Shown here piece after piece: positions 19,986-31,248 of a stretch of 64,000 nt of DNA. Numbering within the stretch: position 1 is the stretch's first letter; each line of letters begins with the position of its first letter. Below the pieces are notes generated by a model. That model did not search any database and was not told the DNA's origin. It was given only the letters and a program-made list of their open reading frames with translations. The position numbers were made by a program, and so were the translations under genes. Origin of the DNA: Alphaproteobacteria bacterium (GTDB taxonomy: Bacteria > Pseudomonadota > Alphaproteobacteria > SP197); NCBI GenBank assembly GCA_964291265.2, contig OZ219747.1, positions 288,001 through 352,000 of the forward strand, written 5' to 3'.

Positions 19986-20555
19986 TCCCGCAAGACCCTT
20001 GAACGCGGTCACGCGTTACCATCCAGGAATGAGAACGTCTCACCCCGACGCGCTTCTCAGCCTCCCCGGGAAACCCCCGGGCCGTCCAAACGACACCGCA
20101 TCACGAGACTGCCGCAGCCGCTGGCCGGACTGGCTTACAGGTCGCAGCATCCGCCCGAAAACACTCAACGCCTGCCGCACCCTGCAGGACGAATGGCGTG
20201 ACCGCCTCGACAGCATCCCCGAAACCCTCCGTGACACGCCTTACGGAGAACGCCTGCAGAGCGTCGCCGATGCCGACATCGAGGCTCTCGAGGACATCGA
20301 ACCGCCACGCGGCTACGGAAGGGACACGTAATCTCGCAAGACCCTTGAACGCGGTCACGCGTTACCATCCAGGAATGAGAACGTCTCACCCCGACGCGCC
20401 TCTCAGCCTCCCCGGGAAACCCCCGGGCCGTCCAAACGACACCACATCACGAGACTGCCGCAGCCGCTGAGCCGCAGCAACGCCCGATCCGCCGCCGGAC
20501 TGGCTCACAGGTCGCAGCATCCGCCCGAAAACACTCGACGCCTGCCGCACCCTGC
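19834..20555 (+). repeat. Imperfect tandem duplication (period about 346 bp), outer copy
   Basis: CCCTGCAGGACGAATGGCGTGACCGCC starts at both 19834 and 20180. Confidence 0.85.
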
Positions 20556-20929
20556 GCCGCCGCAACCGCAACGCACGCAGCCTCTTCGCCCAGCGCAACA
20601 GAAACCGTCAGCTCTCCAGCCTCGAGATCGTCCCGCCCGACGAACCACGACGAGGCCGGAAAACGCCAGAACGAAACCACGCGCAAAAGCCTGAAGCTCC
20701 CCTCCCACATCACGTTCCACAAACGCCGAACGCCAGAAAACGCCGACCGGAACGACATCGTCAACGTCAATGCAAGACCAATGGGATCCAACAATAGGCA
20801 GAAAACAAAGACCGGGCGGACCTTCGTCCAATGCCGCACGTTCTCCTGTCGTGGTCACCCACTCACACGATCAGCGCCCAAAAGAGCGGTTCTCCGCCAA
20901 TATCCCGCCGTTCTAAATCGCCGCCGACA

Positions 20930-21010
20930 GTGGTGGCGGGCTTTCGCCATCTCACCGGCCGTGACCTCGATCCCCAACTTCACACGCACTGCGTTCTGGC
21001 GAACATGCAA
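20930..21010 (+). pseudogene. MobF relaxase 3' fragment (HUH motif), truncated
   Basis: VVAGFRHLTGRDLDPQLHTHCVLANM, in frame with 7600-7922 once the element and one TSD are removed. Confidence 0.9.
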
Positions 21011-21059
21011 GCGCTCCTGATGAAGGCGATGATGTCAACGAGACCTGGCAGCAGCCACG

Positions 21060-21493
21060 AGGTCGTCGACACCGGTGCGACGGAAACTGGCGTGCGGAAC
21101 GGTCGTCGTGGAAGATCCGAAGACCGCCGACATGACCCGGAGTACAAGGGGCACGGTCGAGCATCCCGGGACGAACGTGAAGGCGAGGTCCGGGCTGAAC
21201 CGCGGGGTCTTCGCCACGGACCGGGGTGAGTTGCGGGCGATGCCCGGCTGAAGGGCTCCGCGCCTCGTCTGAGGTGAACGCGGCGCATGCCATGCCAGAC
21301 GTATGCGGTGCAACAACGGCTTGACGCCGCCTCGCGTCCGTCGCAAGCGACATTTCACATGCTCAGGCCTCATGGCCATGCGAACCTGAATGCGGCCCGC
21401 AACATCAGGCGTCGGGGACTGGCGCGCCTCCACGGGGAAAGAGCGTTGCCGTCAGGCATGATCCGTAAAGCGGATCGGATCCTCGCGGCATGA
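21060..21493 (+). pseudogene. tnpB: TnpB (IS605 OrfB) C-terminal remnant
   Basis: TVVVEDPKTADMTRSTRGTVEHPGTNVKARSGLNR and SRPSQATF...HANLNAARNI with stops and frameshifts. Confidence 0.8.
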
Positions 21494-21502
21494 GCCTCTC
21501 AC

Positions 21503-21691
21503 TCAACGATGCGAGTCCCATGCGGAATGACTGACCTCTCTGGCGGCGTGCCATGTCGAACCGGACTTGAATTCAGCCCATTCAAGCAAAACCATGACCC
21601 GGCATCCCTCGCAGACGAACCTGCAGGCCAGGCCGGTTCCCATGACGCCGCCACCGACCATGCGTGCCGTTGTGGGGATGGCGGCGGCCAT
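21503..21691 (-). pseudogene. N-terminal remnant of dimethylglycine dehydrogenase-like FAD oxidoreductase
   Basis: PTTARMVGGGVMGTGLA...LLEWAEFKSGSTWHAA. Confidence 0.8.
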
Positions 21692-21705
21692 CGACGGAGT
21701 CGGTG

Positions 21706-22374
21706 TCACCCTCGGGAGAGGGCGAGGACCATGGAAAGCTGACACAACGGCAAGCCGGTCTCGTCGGCCCATGCATTGAAGGCGGCCGCGACCTGGCGCT
21801 TCGCGGCCCTGCCCTTGGGCGGGCGGGTGACGATGTCGCTGTGGATCAATGCCCCGATGACGTCGCCGGTCAGGACGAAGGTGTCCTTTCCCGCCATTCT
21901 GAGGAAGGAGGGGCCCGAATTGCCGCCGAGCTGCCTGAATCTCTTCGCCAGCACGTCCCACAGCCCGACGATGTCGTCGCCCGGCCAGCCGGCGATCCAG
22001 GATCCGAACCCGCCGTGATCCGCGGACATGACAACCATGGACGTGGCATTGCTGCGCACGGCGGAGATCTTGGTCCAGTGGCGGATGAGAGCCCGGTTGG
22101 CCGCCAGCTCGTCGAGCTCCTCGTCGCTCATCATGGCCACCCTCTTCGGCGCGAAGCCGTGAAAGGCGTCTTCGAACGCCGGCCACTTCGAATCGACGAG
22201 AGCGTGCTTGAGACCGGCGCGGAAAATGCGCAGCGACATCAGCGAGAGGTAACGATCATCGCCCGTGGCGGCAAGGTCCGCCGTCGTCTTCGGCCGGGGA
22301 AGCCGGGCCTGGAGATTCCCGCGCCCGCCGCAGCGAGCCTCCGCCCGCTTCAGGAATGGTCCGAAGGGTACCAT
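21706..22374 (-). CDS. DNA-3-methyladenine glycosylase I family protein
   Basis: IFRAGLKH..KWPAFEDAFHGF, LIRHWTKI..VRSNA, FLRMAGKDTF. Confidence 0.85.
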   Translation of the reverse strand: MVPFGPFLKRAEARCGGRGNLQARLPRPKTTADLAATGDDRYLSLMSLRIFRAGLKHALVDSKWPAFEDAFHGFAPKRVAMMSDEELDELAANRALIRHWTKISAVRSNATSMVVMSADHGGFGSWIAGWPGDDIVGLWDVLAKRFRQLGGNSGPSFLRMAGKDTFVLTGDVIGALIHSDIVTRPPKGRAAKRQVAAAFNAWADETGLPLCQLSMVLALSRG

Positions 22375-23147
22375 CAGGCAGGTTTGAACGACTCCACCGC
22401 GGCGACAGCCGCATCCCGCAGCAACGCATGATCGGCAGCCGCGAGCACCATGTCATAGCCTCTCTCGAACATGGCTGAGGGGTCGTCGAAGGGCGCCGGA
22501 ATTCCGCCGAGCAGGCGTCCCGACTCCCTGATGCGGCGCTCTGCCTCGTCCAGAAGCTCACGGGCCTCCGCAGAGGTCTGGTCGTGAAGCCGGTCGATGC
22601 TGCTCGAGAGATCGTTGCGGCCGATGAAGAGAACATCGATACCCTCGATGCCGCCGATCTCGGCGAGATTGCCGACGGTGACCGCGGTTTCAACCTGGGT
22701 CAGCACGAGGACATCCTCACCGCGGTTGCAGATGAAGGCGTCCTTGTCGTAGCCGTAGCGTGCCGCCCTCACGTTTCCGGGGGCAACTCCGCGCACCCCA
22801 AGCGGCGGCATTCTACAGGCGGCCACCACCCGTGATGCCGCTTCGGCGGTTTCGACGAGCGGCACCATGATGCCGTCGATGCCCGTGTCAAGGGCCTTCT
22901 TGATCAGCTGGGTATCGTTGTCCCTTACCCGCATCATCGCCGTGTCGGTGCCGCCCGAACGAACGGCCTGCAGCTGGGTGATGGCGGACAAGGCATCGCC
23001 CGGACCGTGTTCCTGATCGATCATGATCAAATCGAAGCCGGCGCCCGCCATGATTTCCGTAGCGATCGGGCTTTCCATGTTCACCCATGCGCCGAGCTGC
23101 TTCGCGCCACCCTTCATGGCATGGCGAATGAGATTACCTGTCGGCAT
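22374..23147 (-). CDS. HpcH/HpaI aldolase family protein
   Basis: IDQEHG, QVET, FIGRNDLS. Confidence 0.9.
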   Translation of the reverse strand: MPTGNLIRHAMKGGAKQLGAWVNMESPIATEIMAGAGFDLIMIDQEHGPGDALSAITQLQAVRSGGTDTAMMRVRDNDTQLIKKALDTGIDGIMVPLVETAEAASRVVAACRMPPLGVRGVAPGNVRAARYGYDKDAFICNRGEDVLVLTQVETAVTVGNLAEIGGIEGIDVLFIGRNDLSSSIDRLHDQTSAEARELLDEAERRIRESGRLLGGIPAPFDDPSAMFERGYDMVLAAADHALLRDAAVAAVESFKPA

Positions 23148-24540
23148 GGTCGCTGTCTCCCCGAACCTGTGCTCGCCTGGTGTTGCCGGCTGCAACCGGC
23201 CGCAACAAGAACGCCGGCACGAACGGTCCCTCGCCGAAGGGGACGGCACCGGCATCTTCCATCTCCTTCACCTTGACCTCGGCCTTCTCCTTCACCCGGA
23301 CCCTGTCCTTGGCGGCCGCGCGACGACGTGCTGTTGCATCGTCCTTTTCCCAGTTCCGCCGATCGCGGCGTCTGCTCCCCCGTGGACGGTCGCCTGCGCA
23401 GGCAAGGTCGGCGTGGCGAACGCCTTCCAGTTCGACCACCGGCAGCTGGCGGGAGATGAACCTGGCAATGGCATCAAGCGCGTCGCGGTCTTCGGGTGTC
23501 GCCAGCATGTAGGAACAGCCCCTCATGCCGGCACGGCCGGTTCGACCGATGCGATGAACATAGTCCTCGGCATTGACGGGAACATCGTAGCAGATGACAT
23601 GGCTGACACCGAAGATGTCGATGCCCCTGCCCGCCACGTCGGTACACACCATGGTTCGGGAATCACCGTTCCTGAAGGTGGCCAGAGCGGTCTCCCGGTC
23701 ATGCTGAGACATGTCGCCCTGCATGCGCACGGCGTCGATACCGCGCCTCACCAGGGAACCATGGAGGGAATCGACATCCCGCTTGCGGTTGGCGAAGACC
23801 ATGGAGCTCGTGACCTCCTGCATGCCCAGGAGATGGCGCAGGGCCCGCTGCTTTTCGCGACCATCCTCGACGATGACGAGAGACTGATCCACGGTGTCGG
23901 CCGGCGAATCCGGAGGCGCCACCGCCACTTCCCTGGGGTTGTGGAGAAATCTCTCTGCCAGCTTGCGGATCTCGGCGGGCATCGTCGCCGAGAACATCAG
24001 CGTGTGGCGAAGCGGCGGCAGCATGGTGCAGATGCGCTCGACATCGGGAATGAACCCCATGTCGAGCATCCTGTCGGCCTCGTCGATGACGAGGTGCTTG
24101 ACGCCCATCATCAGGATCTTGCCGCGCTCGATCATGTCGAGCAGCCGCCCGGGCGTGGCGATCAGGATGTCCACATGACCCGTCAGCGCCTGTTCCTGGG
24201 CCCGCATGTCATTGCCACCGACAAGCAGTGCTGCCTCGAGATCGGTCAGGCTGGCGTAGATGCGGAAGTTCTCCATGGTCTGTTGCGCCAGTTCGCGGGT
24301 CGGCGAGATGATGAGCGCCCGCGGCATGCGCATGCGCGCCCTGCTACCCATCAGGATGTCAAGCAGCGGCAGGACGAAGGCTGCTGTCTTGCCGGTTCCG
24401 GTCTGCGCACAACCCAGGAGATCGCGCCCCTGCAGGGCTACCGGGATGGCTTTCTGCTGGATTGGTGTGGCTTCGTGGTAACCGGCTTTCGCGATTGCCG
24501 CCAGGACTTCAGGGCCAAGCCCCAGGTCTTCGAATTTCAT
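23134..24540 (-). CDS. DEAD-box RNA helicase
   Basis: Q motif, AQTGTGKT, PTRELA, DEAD, SAT, HRIGRTGR. Confidence 0.95.
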   Translation of the reverse strand: MKFEDLGLGPEVLAAIAKAGYHEATPIQQKAIPVALQGRDLLGCAQTGTGKTAAFVLPLLDILMGSRARMRMPRALIISPTRELAQQTMENFRIYASLTDLEAALLVGGNDMRAQEQALTGHVDILIATPGRLLDMIERGKILMMGVKHLVIDEADRMLDMGFIPDVERICTMLPPLRHTLMFSATMPAEIRKLAERFLHNPREVAVAPPDSPADTVDQSLVIVEDGREKQRALRHLLGMQEVTSSMVFANRKRDVDSLHGSLVRRGIDAVRMQGDMSQHDRETALATFRNGDSRTMVCTDVAGRGIDIFGVSHVICYDVPVNAEDYVHRIGRTGRAGMRGCSYMLATPEDRDALDAIARFISRQLPVVELEGVRHADLACAGDRPRGSRRRDRRNWEKDDATARRRAAAKDRVRVKEKAEVKVKEMEDAGAVPFGEGPFVPAFLLRPVAAGNTRRAQVRGDSDHADR

Positions 24541-24641
24541 GCCTCTCCATGTTCCTGGTCGAGTGTGGCCATCATGAGGGAAACGCAAGGGCCGCTGCGG
24601 AGCGGATACTCCGTCGATGCGGTCGAGGTCAACCAGCGTCC

Positions 24642-27165
<2,524 letters not shown>

Positions 27166-27354
27166 TCAAGGCGGACTGTAAAGGGAACATTGTCCGGATT
27201 GCAAGGGATATCAAAGCCCCATATGGTGCAAACACCCTTGCCGGTCTCCAAGACCGTGCAGAATCGCCATGGCGCGGCGTGTCGATGGGAAAACTCCGCT
27301 GCCAGTGCTGGCGTGTTCCGTCAGGGTGAACGTCAATCGCGTCCGGAGCTGGTC

Positions 27355-28161
27355 ATGAGGGACATGAGGATCCACCCTCTGTATTATGCGTTGATTGCCT
27401 TCAGGAGGACCTGGACCGGCATCGATACCATCCTGCGGCTGTCCTGGTTCCCGGTCCTGCTCGTTGCCGTTGCAGTGCACTTCCTGACTCCTGATGCCTC
27501 CGTCTCCGACAGCGCCGGCCTGCCGCCCGACGGCATCCTGCGCCTTGCCCTCCTCGCCATCGTCGGCCTCATGGTGCAGGCCATGATCGCCGTGGCATGG
27601 CACCGCACCATGCTGGCTGGCTTCGACGCGTCGAAGGTGCGCATCTACATCCGATTCGGGATTCGCGAGTTTCTCTACGGCATCATTTCCGTCTTCCTCG
27701 CCATCATCGTGGTCATGGGCCTCTACGTGGTGACTGGCTTGGTGGCCACGTTCTTCGCTGCCTCACTGGGCGTATCCGGTCCCCTGTGGCAGATGTTGGC
27801 TTTTCTGATCGGTACGGTGCCGGTCATTCTCATCGTCGCCCGGTCGTGCCTCGTGCTCCCGTCCATTGCCGTGGGCTTCGGGGCCGACCTCATCCGCAGC
27901 TGGCAGATCACCAAGGGCTATGGAGCCCATGTGTCGGCAACGCTGTTCCTCGTCTGCCTGCCGCTGGTTGCCGTCAGCATCGTCCTGCTTCACCTGAGCG
28001 GCATGCTCGTCGAACGCGGTCTCGGCGTCGTGGTCGAACTGGTCATGAACTACGTGAACATGATCATCAACATCGTGATGATGTGCTTCGTGGTGACAAC
28101 GCTGAGCATACTGTATGCCGAACTCTATCGAGGCGAGGCCGACGAGGATTCGCAGACTTGA
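27355..28161 (+). CDS. Hypothetical polytopic membrane protein
   Basis: About six hydrophobic segments. Confidence 0.65.
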   Translation: MRDMRIHPLYYALIAFRRTWTGIDTILRLSWFPVLLVAVAVHFLTPDASVSDSAGLPPDGILRLALLAIVGLMVQAMIAVAWHRTMLAGFDASKVRIYIRFGIREFLYGIISVFLAIIVVMGLYVVTGLVATFFAASLGVSGPLWQMLAFLIGTVPVILIVARSCLVLPSIAVGFGADLIRSWQITKGYGAHVSATLFLVCLPLVAVSIVLLHLSGMLVERGLGVVVELVMNYVNMIINIVMMCFVVTTLSILYAELYRGEADEDSQT

Positions 28162-29105
28162 TCGCCAACCCGCCACCATGGCCCGGTGGCGCCCGCTGCG
28201 CCGTCGCGTTCACCTTCGACATGGACGCCGATTCCATCCTTCATCTCGGCTTCCACGGAACGGCTGACACCAGGGTAGCCGCGCTGTCTGCCCTGCGCTA
28301 CGGGCCCGAGGTCGCCGTGCCGCGGCTCGTCGACATCTACGCGGAATTCTCCATGCGCCAGACATTCTTCCTTCCGGCATGGTGCATCGAGCGGTATCCG
28401 GCGGCGGTTGACTCGATCCTCGGGGGAGACCACGAGATCGGCCATCACCACTACCTTCACGAACACGCCAACGAGATGCCGGCAGCCGAGGAACGCTCCT
28501 GGTTCGAGCGCAGCCTCGATGTCATCGTCCGGGCAACGGGCCGGCGGCCGGCCGGCTACCGGGCCGCCGCCTATCGATTCTCGCGAAACACCCTCGACAT
28601 CCTCGTTGATGCGGGCATCCGCTACGACGCCTCGCTCTTCGGCGACGATGTGCCCTATGTTCTCGCGAATGACCGCGGGTCGATTGTCGAACTGCCGAGC
28701 CACTACGGTCTCGATGACTGGCCCCATTTCCAGTTCTCCCGGGACTTCGCGACCCTGATGCCGATCAAGTCGGCTGCAGAGGCGCACAGGGTCTTCCGGG
28801 AGGAGTTCGATGCCGCCTGGGAATACGGCGGCCTGTGGGTTTCGGTGTGGCATCCCTTCCTCAGCGGACGCCTTGCCCGGGCCCGGGAGATGAGGTCTCT
28901 CGTCCGCTACATGCACGAGAAGGGTGATGTCTGGTTCGCCACCCTCGAGGAGATCGCCCGCCATGTCCGGCACCTTGAGGAAAGCGGTTCCTGGACACCG
29001 CGTCGCGACCGTCTTCCCTATTATCCAGGGCCCATTCCGGAACTCGGCGACACCGAACCAAGGAATGTCGAGCCGCGGCAGGGCTCCAACCCGGCGGCAG
29101 CGTGA
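28158..29105 (+). CDS. Polysaccharide deacetylase family protein (PuuE-like)
   Basis: FTFDMDAD, HEIGHHHYLHE, WHPFLSGR; TTG start overlapping the upstream stop. Confidence 0.85.
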   Translation: MIANPPPWPGGARCAVAFTFDMDADSILHLGFHGTADTRVAALSALRYGPEVAVPRLVDIYAEFSMRQTFFLPAWCIERYPAAVDSILGGDHEIGHHHYLHEHANEMPAAEERSWFERSLDVIVRATGRRPAGYRAAAYRFSRNTLDILVDAGIRYDASLFGDDVPYVLANDRGSIVELPSHYGLDDWPHFQFSRDFATLMPIKSAAEAHRVFREEFDAAWEYGGLWVSVWHPFLSGRLARAREMRSLVRYMHEKGDVWFATLEEIARHVRHLEESGSWTPRRDRLPYYPGPIPELGDTEPRNVEPRQGSNPAAA

Positions 29106-29182
29106 CGACCGATCCGATGTCGTGTATCAAATAGGGAATGTCGCAACAACGCAAATGCAGACCGACATTCGGTGCATGATTC

Positions 29183-29259
29183 GGGGTGGCTAGTCGGATT
29201 CGAACCGACGGCCTCCTGGACCACAACCAGGCGCTCTAACCGACTGAGCTATAGCCACC
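29183..29259 (-). tRNA. tRNA-His (GTG)
   Basis: GGTGGCTATAGCTCAGTCGGTTAGAGCGCCTGGTTGTGGTCCAGGAGGCCGTCGGTTCGAATCCGACTAGCCACCCC folds as a cloverleaf. Confidence 0.95.
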
Positions 29260-29324
29260 ACAATGACCTGCCGTTCTCTACGACGCCAGCCGTCTCCCGG
29301 TCAACCCGACACTCCGGACCTGAC

Positions 29325-30488
29325 ATGATTCCTGCCGACAATCTCCAGAACATGGGCTCCGAGACAGCGTTTGCCGTGCTCGCCCGCGCCAACCAGCTCA
29401 CTGCCGAGGGGCGCGACATCATCAATCTCGGAATCGGCCAGCCGGACTTCCGCACTCCGGATCACATCGTCGAGGCGGCCGTCAAGGCCCTGCGCGACGG
29501 CCACCACGGCTACACGCCGGCACCGGGCATCATGCCCCTGCGCGAAGCTGTGGCGGCCGACATCCTGAAATACCGCGGCGTGGAGGTGTCTCCGGAACAG
29601 GTCATGGTGGTTCCGGGAGGCAAGATGACCATGTTCTTCGCCATCCTCATGTTCGGTCAGCCGGGCCACGAGATTCTCTATCCCAATCCCGGGTTTCCGA
29701 TCTACGAATCCATGATTCGCTACACTGGCGCCACGCCCGTTCCCATCGAACTTCACGAGGACAGGCTGTTTTCCTTCAGCGCCGACGAAGTGCTGTCGAA
29801 GCTGTCGGAGCGCACGCGGCTGATCATCATCAACAGTCCCGGCAATCCCACCGGCGGCGTCATCGACGACGAAGAGCTCGACCGCCTTGTCGCCGGCCTC
29901 GAGGACTTCCCCGAGACGGCCGTGCTGTCGGACGAGATCTACTGCCGTCTTGTCTTCGACAACAGGGCCCACCGCAGCCTGCTCGGCTATGAATCGATCC
30001 GCGACCGCCTCATCCTGCTCGACGGCTGGTCCAAGACCTACGCCATGACCGGCTGGCGGGCCGGCTACGGTGTGTGGCCCAGGAGCCTCATCGATGACAT
30101 CGACAAGATGATCGTCAACGCCAACTCCTGCACCAACGCGGCAACCCAGATGGCCTGCCTTGCCGCCCTCACCGGTCCCCAGGACAGTGTCGAGACCATG
30201 CGCCGGGCCTTCGAGGAGCGACGCGGGGTGATCGTCGATCTGCTGAACGCCATCCCGGGATTTCATTGCGTCATGCCCGGAGGAGCGTTCTATGCCTTCC
30301 CCAACATCGCCGGAACGGGACGCCATTCCTTGGAACTCGGTCAGGCCTTGCTCGAGGAATGCGGCGTGGCCACGGTCCACGGCACCAGCTTCGGCGCCAT
30401 GGGCGAGGGTTTCCTGCGTCTCTCCTACGCTGCGTCCATGGAGAACATTCGCGAAGCGGCCCGCCGCATGAGCGACTATCTCGGCTGA
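29325..30488 (+). CDS. PLP-dependent class I/II aminotransferase (AspC-like)
   Basis: NSPGNPTG, SDEIY, SKTYAMTGWRAG. Confidence 0.92.
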   Translation: MIPADNLQNMGSETAFAVLARANQLTAEGRDIINLGIGQPDFRTPDHIVEAAVKALRDGHHGYTPAPGIMPLREAVAADILKYRGVEVSPEQVMVVPGGKMTMFFAILMFGQPGHEILYPNPGFPIYESMIRYTGATPVPIELHEDRLFSFSADEVLSKLSERTRLIIINSPGNPTGGVIDDEELDRLVAGLEDFPETAVLSDEIYCRLVFDNRAHRSLLGYESIRDRLILLDGWSKTYAMTGWRAGYGVWPRSLIDDIDKMIVNANSCTNAATQMACLAALTGPQDSVETMRRAFEERRGVIVDLLNAIPGFHCVMPGGAFYAFPNIAGTGRHSLELGQALLEECGVATVHGTSFGAMGEGFLRLSYAASMENIREAARRMSDYLG

Positions 30489-30586
30489 ACCCGACGGCAC
30501 CTGCCGTCATGGCGCCGGACGGGACGGCGCAAGCGATCCCGACAACGCGGTCACCAGGGATGGCTCAGCCTGCCTGAAACCCGCTC

Positions 30587-31248
30587 CTAGACCGAAGTTC
30601 CAGAACCGATCAGACGTATCGTTATGAATGTCAGACATCCTGACCTGCTCTTCTGAGGGGCATATCACACCGCTCAGGAAACCCACGGTTTTCCTGTGTT
30701 TCTGCCTGTTTCAGCGCGGATTCTGCTTGACATGTGGCGATAAATACGTCCAATATCGCATGTTCCAATTTTAGCTCCCCATGGCACCCTCCCTACCGCT
30801 CCAGCCCGCCCATGCCACACCATCGTCTACGACATCGACGGCGCAACACAACAAAATCGTCTCATTGACGTTGGACGAGGTCAGGATGTCTGAATGTATT
30901 GACGTTTGAAAAAATCGGGTGTGTCGCTACTGGGAACGCTACAGGCGTACGTCGAGGTGGTTCAGGGCCTTTTTTCCGGAGCGCCTTGGGCCACGTGGTG
31001 ACCTGGAAGGGCCGCAGGGTTTCGACCTTCTCCATGGGCCAGGGGGAGAGATTGTTGGCGGGGGCCTCATGCGGTTGGGGGCTATGTCCACGTACATGGC
31101 AACGAATATGGGGCGATGGACGCATGTGTCAACAGAGATTTCCACCGTTACATGGGAACATTTGCATGCTGTCCCTCTGCCGTTTTATCAGCAAGATCAA
31201 CGACTTGGTGTGGTTGTACCGCAGAAATCGTCCGGAACTTCGGCCTAG
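30587..31248 (-). mobile_element. Non-autonomous IS1634 deletion derivative
   Basis: Ends CTAGACCGAAGTTCC and GGAACTTCGGCCTAG; fused transposase stubs MYVDIAPNR and PFQVTT..KKALNHLDVRL. Confidence 0.85.
30632..30892. mobile_element. 261-bp MITE nested in the IS1634 derivative
   Basis: Perfect 15-bp TIR CAGACATCCTGACCT; 5-bp TSD AATGT at 30627-30631 and 30893-30897. Confidence 0.85.

Larger units (their letters stand above)
7923..20929 (+). mobile_element. IS21-family unit transposon, outer copy (contains a nested self-copy and an IS4)
   Basis: Ends TGTTGATGGCTGCATAGAACGGCGGGAT and, reverse-complemented, TGTCGGCGGCGATTTAGAACGGCGGGAT; 5-bp TSD GTGGT at 7918-7922 and 20930-20934. Confidence 0.92.

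Noticed and set aside
19834-20555. Repeats as a CRISPR or guide array for IS21
   Set aside because: Only two long units of duplicated coding sequence, no short repeat-spacer pattern and no cas genes
7923-20929. Giant inverted repeat as an assembly artefact
   Set aside because: Three distinct TSDs, substitutions between copies and an IS4 present in only one copy indicate real nested insertions; long reads would still be the final test
29183-30586. tRNA-His as the integration site of island 2
   Set aside because: The island lies on the tRNA 5' side beyond an intact aminotransferase, and I found no duplicated tRNA 3' end
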